A DNA stretch of 32,000 bases, taken from Prochlorococcus marinus subsp. pastoris str. CCMP1986 (GTDB lineage Bacteria; Cyanobacteriota; Cyanobacteriia; PCC-6307; Cyanobiaceae). Position numbers and translations under genes: made by a program. The stretch spans positions 450,001 through 482,000 of the forward strand of contig NC_005072.1 of assembly GCF_000011465.1 (NCBI RefSeq). The letters are read 5' to 3'. A model generated the notes under the pieces. That model was not told where the DNA came from, did no database searches, and saw nothing but the letters and a program-made list of their open reading frames with translations. Positions 28,188 to 32,000 of this stretch are shown piece by piece; the stretch's first letter is position 1; each line of letters starts with the position of its first letter.

Positions 28188-28205
28188 TGAGATCAGATTT
28201 CTTGA

Positions 28206-29588
<1,383 letters not shown>

Positions 29589-29597
29589 TCATTTGTA

Positions 29598-30035
29598 TTA
29601 ACTTTCTCTTAGAACCATTTTTTCGGCAAGAGTGAATTCTTTAGTTAAACGCTCTTTAAGCTTATCTGGTAGAGGCCTAGTTGCAAAGTTTTTGTAATGA
29701 CCTGCCATGGCATTTAATGCTGTCTGCATTGTAGTAAATGATTGAGTTTTATTAACCATACCTCTGTTTCTGTATCTAGAAATATAATCAGTTATTAGGG
29801 CAAGTGATTCATCTCTAACCTTATCCTTATCAGGAGAATCTTTTGGAGTTTCAACGGCAATTTGTAGGGTTTTAACAACTGATATTGTGTCTTTTGCATA
29901 ATCACCTGTCATAGAAGTCTTTGCTGCATATGATGGAGAATTAAATAATGTAAAAAAAACAGATATACAAATAGCAAAAGATATCGCTTTTACAAAAAAT
30001 CTAGAAAATAATTCAGTCATCTTTTTAACTAACAT
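29598..30035 (-). CDS. psb27: Photosystem II assembly factor Psb27
   Basis: A signal-like N-terminus is followed by TGDYAKDTISVV...ITDYISRYR...TTMQTALNAMAGHY, typical of Psb27. AGGAG lies 9 nt upstream of the ATG. Confidence 0.88.
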   Translation of the reverse strand: MLVKKMTELFSRFFVKAISFAICISVFFTLFNSPSYAAKTSMTGDYAKDTISVVKTLQIAVETPKDSPDKDKVRDESLALITDYISRYRNRGMVNKTQSFTTMQTALNAMAGHYKNFATRPLPDKLKERLTKEFTLAEKMVLRES

Positions 30036-30061
30036 AACTTAACTCCTAATAAATTTTAGCT

Positions 30062-31864
30062 TTAAGAATTTTTATTGTACATTACTTTTGATTCGGAAAT
30101 AAATTTCTCTAATAAATTTTTAGATGCTATTTTAATTTTACTTTTGCTTGATCTAGAGAAGAATTCTACTTCTTTATTAATTGAGTCTCTGCCAATAATT
30201 ATTTGAAAAGGAATTCCAATTAAATCTGCATCTTTAAATTTGACTCCTGCTCTATCATCTCTGTCGTCAAGGAGAACATCGATTTGGTTGCTTATAAACT
30301 CTTCATAAATCTCTTGAGTAAGTTCTTTTTGAATGGGATCTTTCAAATTAGTTGGAATAATTAAAATCTCAAACGGAGAAATTTGAATTGGCCAAGAAAT
30401 ACCATTTTCATCATGATTCTGTTCAATTGCTGCCTGGGCTATCCTCGTTACGCCTATTCCATAACAACCCATCCATAAATTTTTCAATTGACCATTCTTA
30501 TCAGAAAACTTTGCATTTAATTTCTCACTGTATTTTTGGCCTAATTGAAAAATATGTCCAATTTCGATACCTCTTTTTTCTTTTAATTCTTCATTACTTT
30601 CCTGGCTGATGCAATCTCCTTTTTTTGCATTCCTTATATCTGATATTAAAAACTTTTTCTCAATAAATGAAAACGCACGGAATACTTTGTGAAAATCAAC
30701 TTTATTACCACCACTCACAAAAATTGAAAGACTACTGGCGGAGTAGTCAGCGATTCTTATCCAACTTTTATCCCAACTGGAATTAATTTTTATTGTTTCA
30801 TCATTTATGTCTGGCCCAATAAAACCTAATGGAAAATTAATTAGATTTTTATTAATAATGGCATTGTCATCGACTATTTTTAGGTGAATCAAGTTTGAAA
30901 TATATTTTTTGTTTATCAAATTAAAAAGCTTGACTTCATTAATATTTTGATCTCCTCTAATACATGCGAGGATTGGGACTTCAGATTTATCTTCAAATTT
31001 TGCAAGGAATATAACGACTTTAATTATTTGACTTGCATCTAAATTATTATTTTGACAAATATCAACAATCGATTTTTGATTAGGGGTTTCTATCCATTCT
31101 TCATGGGACCTTATTAAAGGAATCTCTTTGGAGGGTAAAGAAACCGCTTTTTCAATATTGGCCGCATATGACCCACTCTCAGTAAATAAAATAGAATCCT
31201 CCCCGGCATCTGCTGTTACCATAAACTCTTTAGATGCTGCTCCTCCAATTGCTCCACTATCGGCATCCACCCCTACTGTATCTAATCCACAATTTTTAAA
31301 AATATTTTCATAAGCTTTTTCCATTTTTTCGTAAAAAGAAGCTAAATCTTCTTTTGAAGAGTGAAAAGAATAAGCATCCTTCATTATAAATTCCCTACTC
31401 CTCATTAATCCAAATCTAGGTCTTATTTCATCTCTAAATTTTGTTTGTATTTGGTAAAAACATAAAGGCAGCTGTTTATATGAATTTATCATTTCTGATG
31501 CAATACTTGTAATGACTTCTTCATGTGTAGGTGCCAAGCCAAATTCTTTTCCTTGTCTATCCTTTAAATTAAACATTATGCCTTCTCCCGCAGTGTAACC
31601 TTCCCATCTTTCACTTTTTTTCCATAATTCTGCTGGGTGGAGTTGGGGTAAAAGTAATTTCGAACAATAAATATTATTAAGTTCCTTTTCAATAATGGTA
31701 GATATTTTTTCGATTACTCTAAGCATTATTGGCATGTATGCATAGATGCCACTATTAACTCTGCGAATATAACCACCTTTTAAAAGTAATTGATGAGAAA
31801 TAATTTCTGCTTCAGAAGGAGTGTCGCGAAGGGTCCCCAGAGGAAATGAGGTAGTGACGCGCAT
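30062..31864 (-). CDS. proS: Prolyl-tRNA synthetase (bacterial type with INS editing domain)
   Basis: Class-II motifs are present (FRDEIRPRFGLMRSREFIMKDAYSF, GCYGIGVTR). The 600 aa length fits, and there is a C-terminal anticodon-binding domain. ATG start. Confidence 0.96.
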   Translation of the reverse strand: MRVTTSFPLGTLRDTPSEAEIISHQLLLKGGYIRRVNSGIYAYMPIMLRVIEKISTIIEKELNNIYCSKLLLPQLHPAELWKKSERWEGYTAGEGIMFNLKDRQGKEFGLAPTHEEVITSIASEMINSYKQLPLCFYQIQTKFRDEIRPRFGLMRSREFIMKDAYSFHSSKEDLASFYEKMEKAYENIFKNCGLDTVGVDADSGAIGGAASKEFMVTADAGEDSILFTESGSYAANIEKAVSLPSKEIPLIRSHEEWIETPNQKSIVDICQNNNLDASQIIKVVIFLAKFEDKSEVPILACIRGDQNINEVKLFNLINKKYISNLIHLKIVDDNAIINKNLINFPLGFIGPDINDETIKINSSWDKSWIRIADYSASSLSIFVSGGNKVDFHKVFRAFSFIEKKFLISDIRNAKKGDCISQESNEELKEKRGIEIGHIFQLGQKYSEKLNAKFSDKNGQLKNLWMGCYGIGVTRIAQAAIEQNHDENGISWPIQISPFEILIIPTNLKDPIQKELTQEIYEEFISNQIDVLLDDRDDRAGVKFKDADLIGIPFQIIIGRDSINKEVEFFSRSSKSKIKIASKNLLEKFISESKVMYNKNS

Positions 31865-31899
31865 AAAAGAAACTTATAAATTTAATCAATTTTATCAAT

Positions 31900-32000
31900 T
31901 CAGGTGTAAAAAATATTTAAAGTGTCTTGAGTCCCTGAAGGCAGGTAGTTTAGATTTATCCTTTCTGCTAGTTTCTGCAATAATAAAACTTAAAATTTTT
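31900..32000 (-). CDS. Possible 3' end of an unidentified gene continuing off the right edge
   Basis: Only one of six frames is open across the last 100 nt: minus strand, ...IAETSRKDKSKLPAFRDSRHFKYFLHLN, with the stop at 31900-31902. 33 stop-free codons in AT-rich DNA is suggestive but not proof. Confidence 0.3.

Overview
This is an AT-rich (about 30% GC by eye), very tightly packed chromosome segment. Its gene content is typical of a marine picocyanobacterium, most consistent with a high-light-adapted Prochlorococcus marinus core genome. Supporting genes are psb27, hemL, hemC, a group-1 sigma factor, cobK and a FutB-type iron permease. I can support about 39 protein-coding genes and 2 tRNA genes (Asp-GUC, Trp-CCA). 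There is also one perfect in-frame 21-bp tandem repeat, and a partial gltX at the left edge.

Almost everything is housekeeping: translation (rplS, map, proS, gltX), tetrapyrrole and cobalamin synthesis (hemL, hemC, cobK), nucleotide and amino-acid metabolism (purA, argB, ppa), DNA maintenance (xthA, priA, ssb) and transcription (sigA). I see no transposase, integrase, phage gene, CRISPR array, toxin-antitoxin pair or defence-like gene. I do not think the sequence supports a claim of a novel multi-gene system.

The leads most worth a second look are:
- A His-rich COG0523 metallochaperone GTPase whose (HDHSSHS)x6 tract is encoded by six nucleotide-identical 21-bp repeats. It overlaps a FutB-like permease by 38 bp, inside a possible yjbQ-phhB-COG0523-futB operon.
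- A stand-alone fused larC followed by a UPF0104 membrane protein.
- A 9-nt complement of the Yfr1 sRNA core motif just upstream of ppa.
- A 15-bp inverted repeat bracketing a near-consensus promoter upstream of hemL.
- Architectural oddities: many forced TTG starts, and convergent genes with zero or negative spacing.

All functional calls come from motif recognition in the supplied translations. No database search was run.
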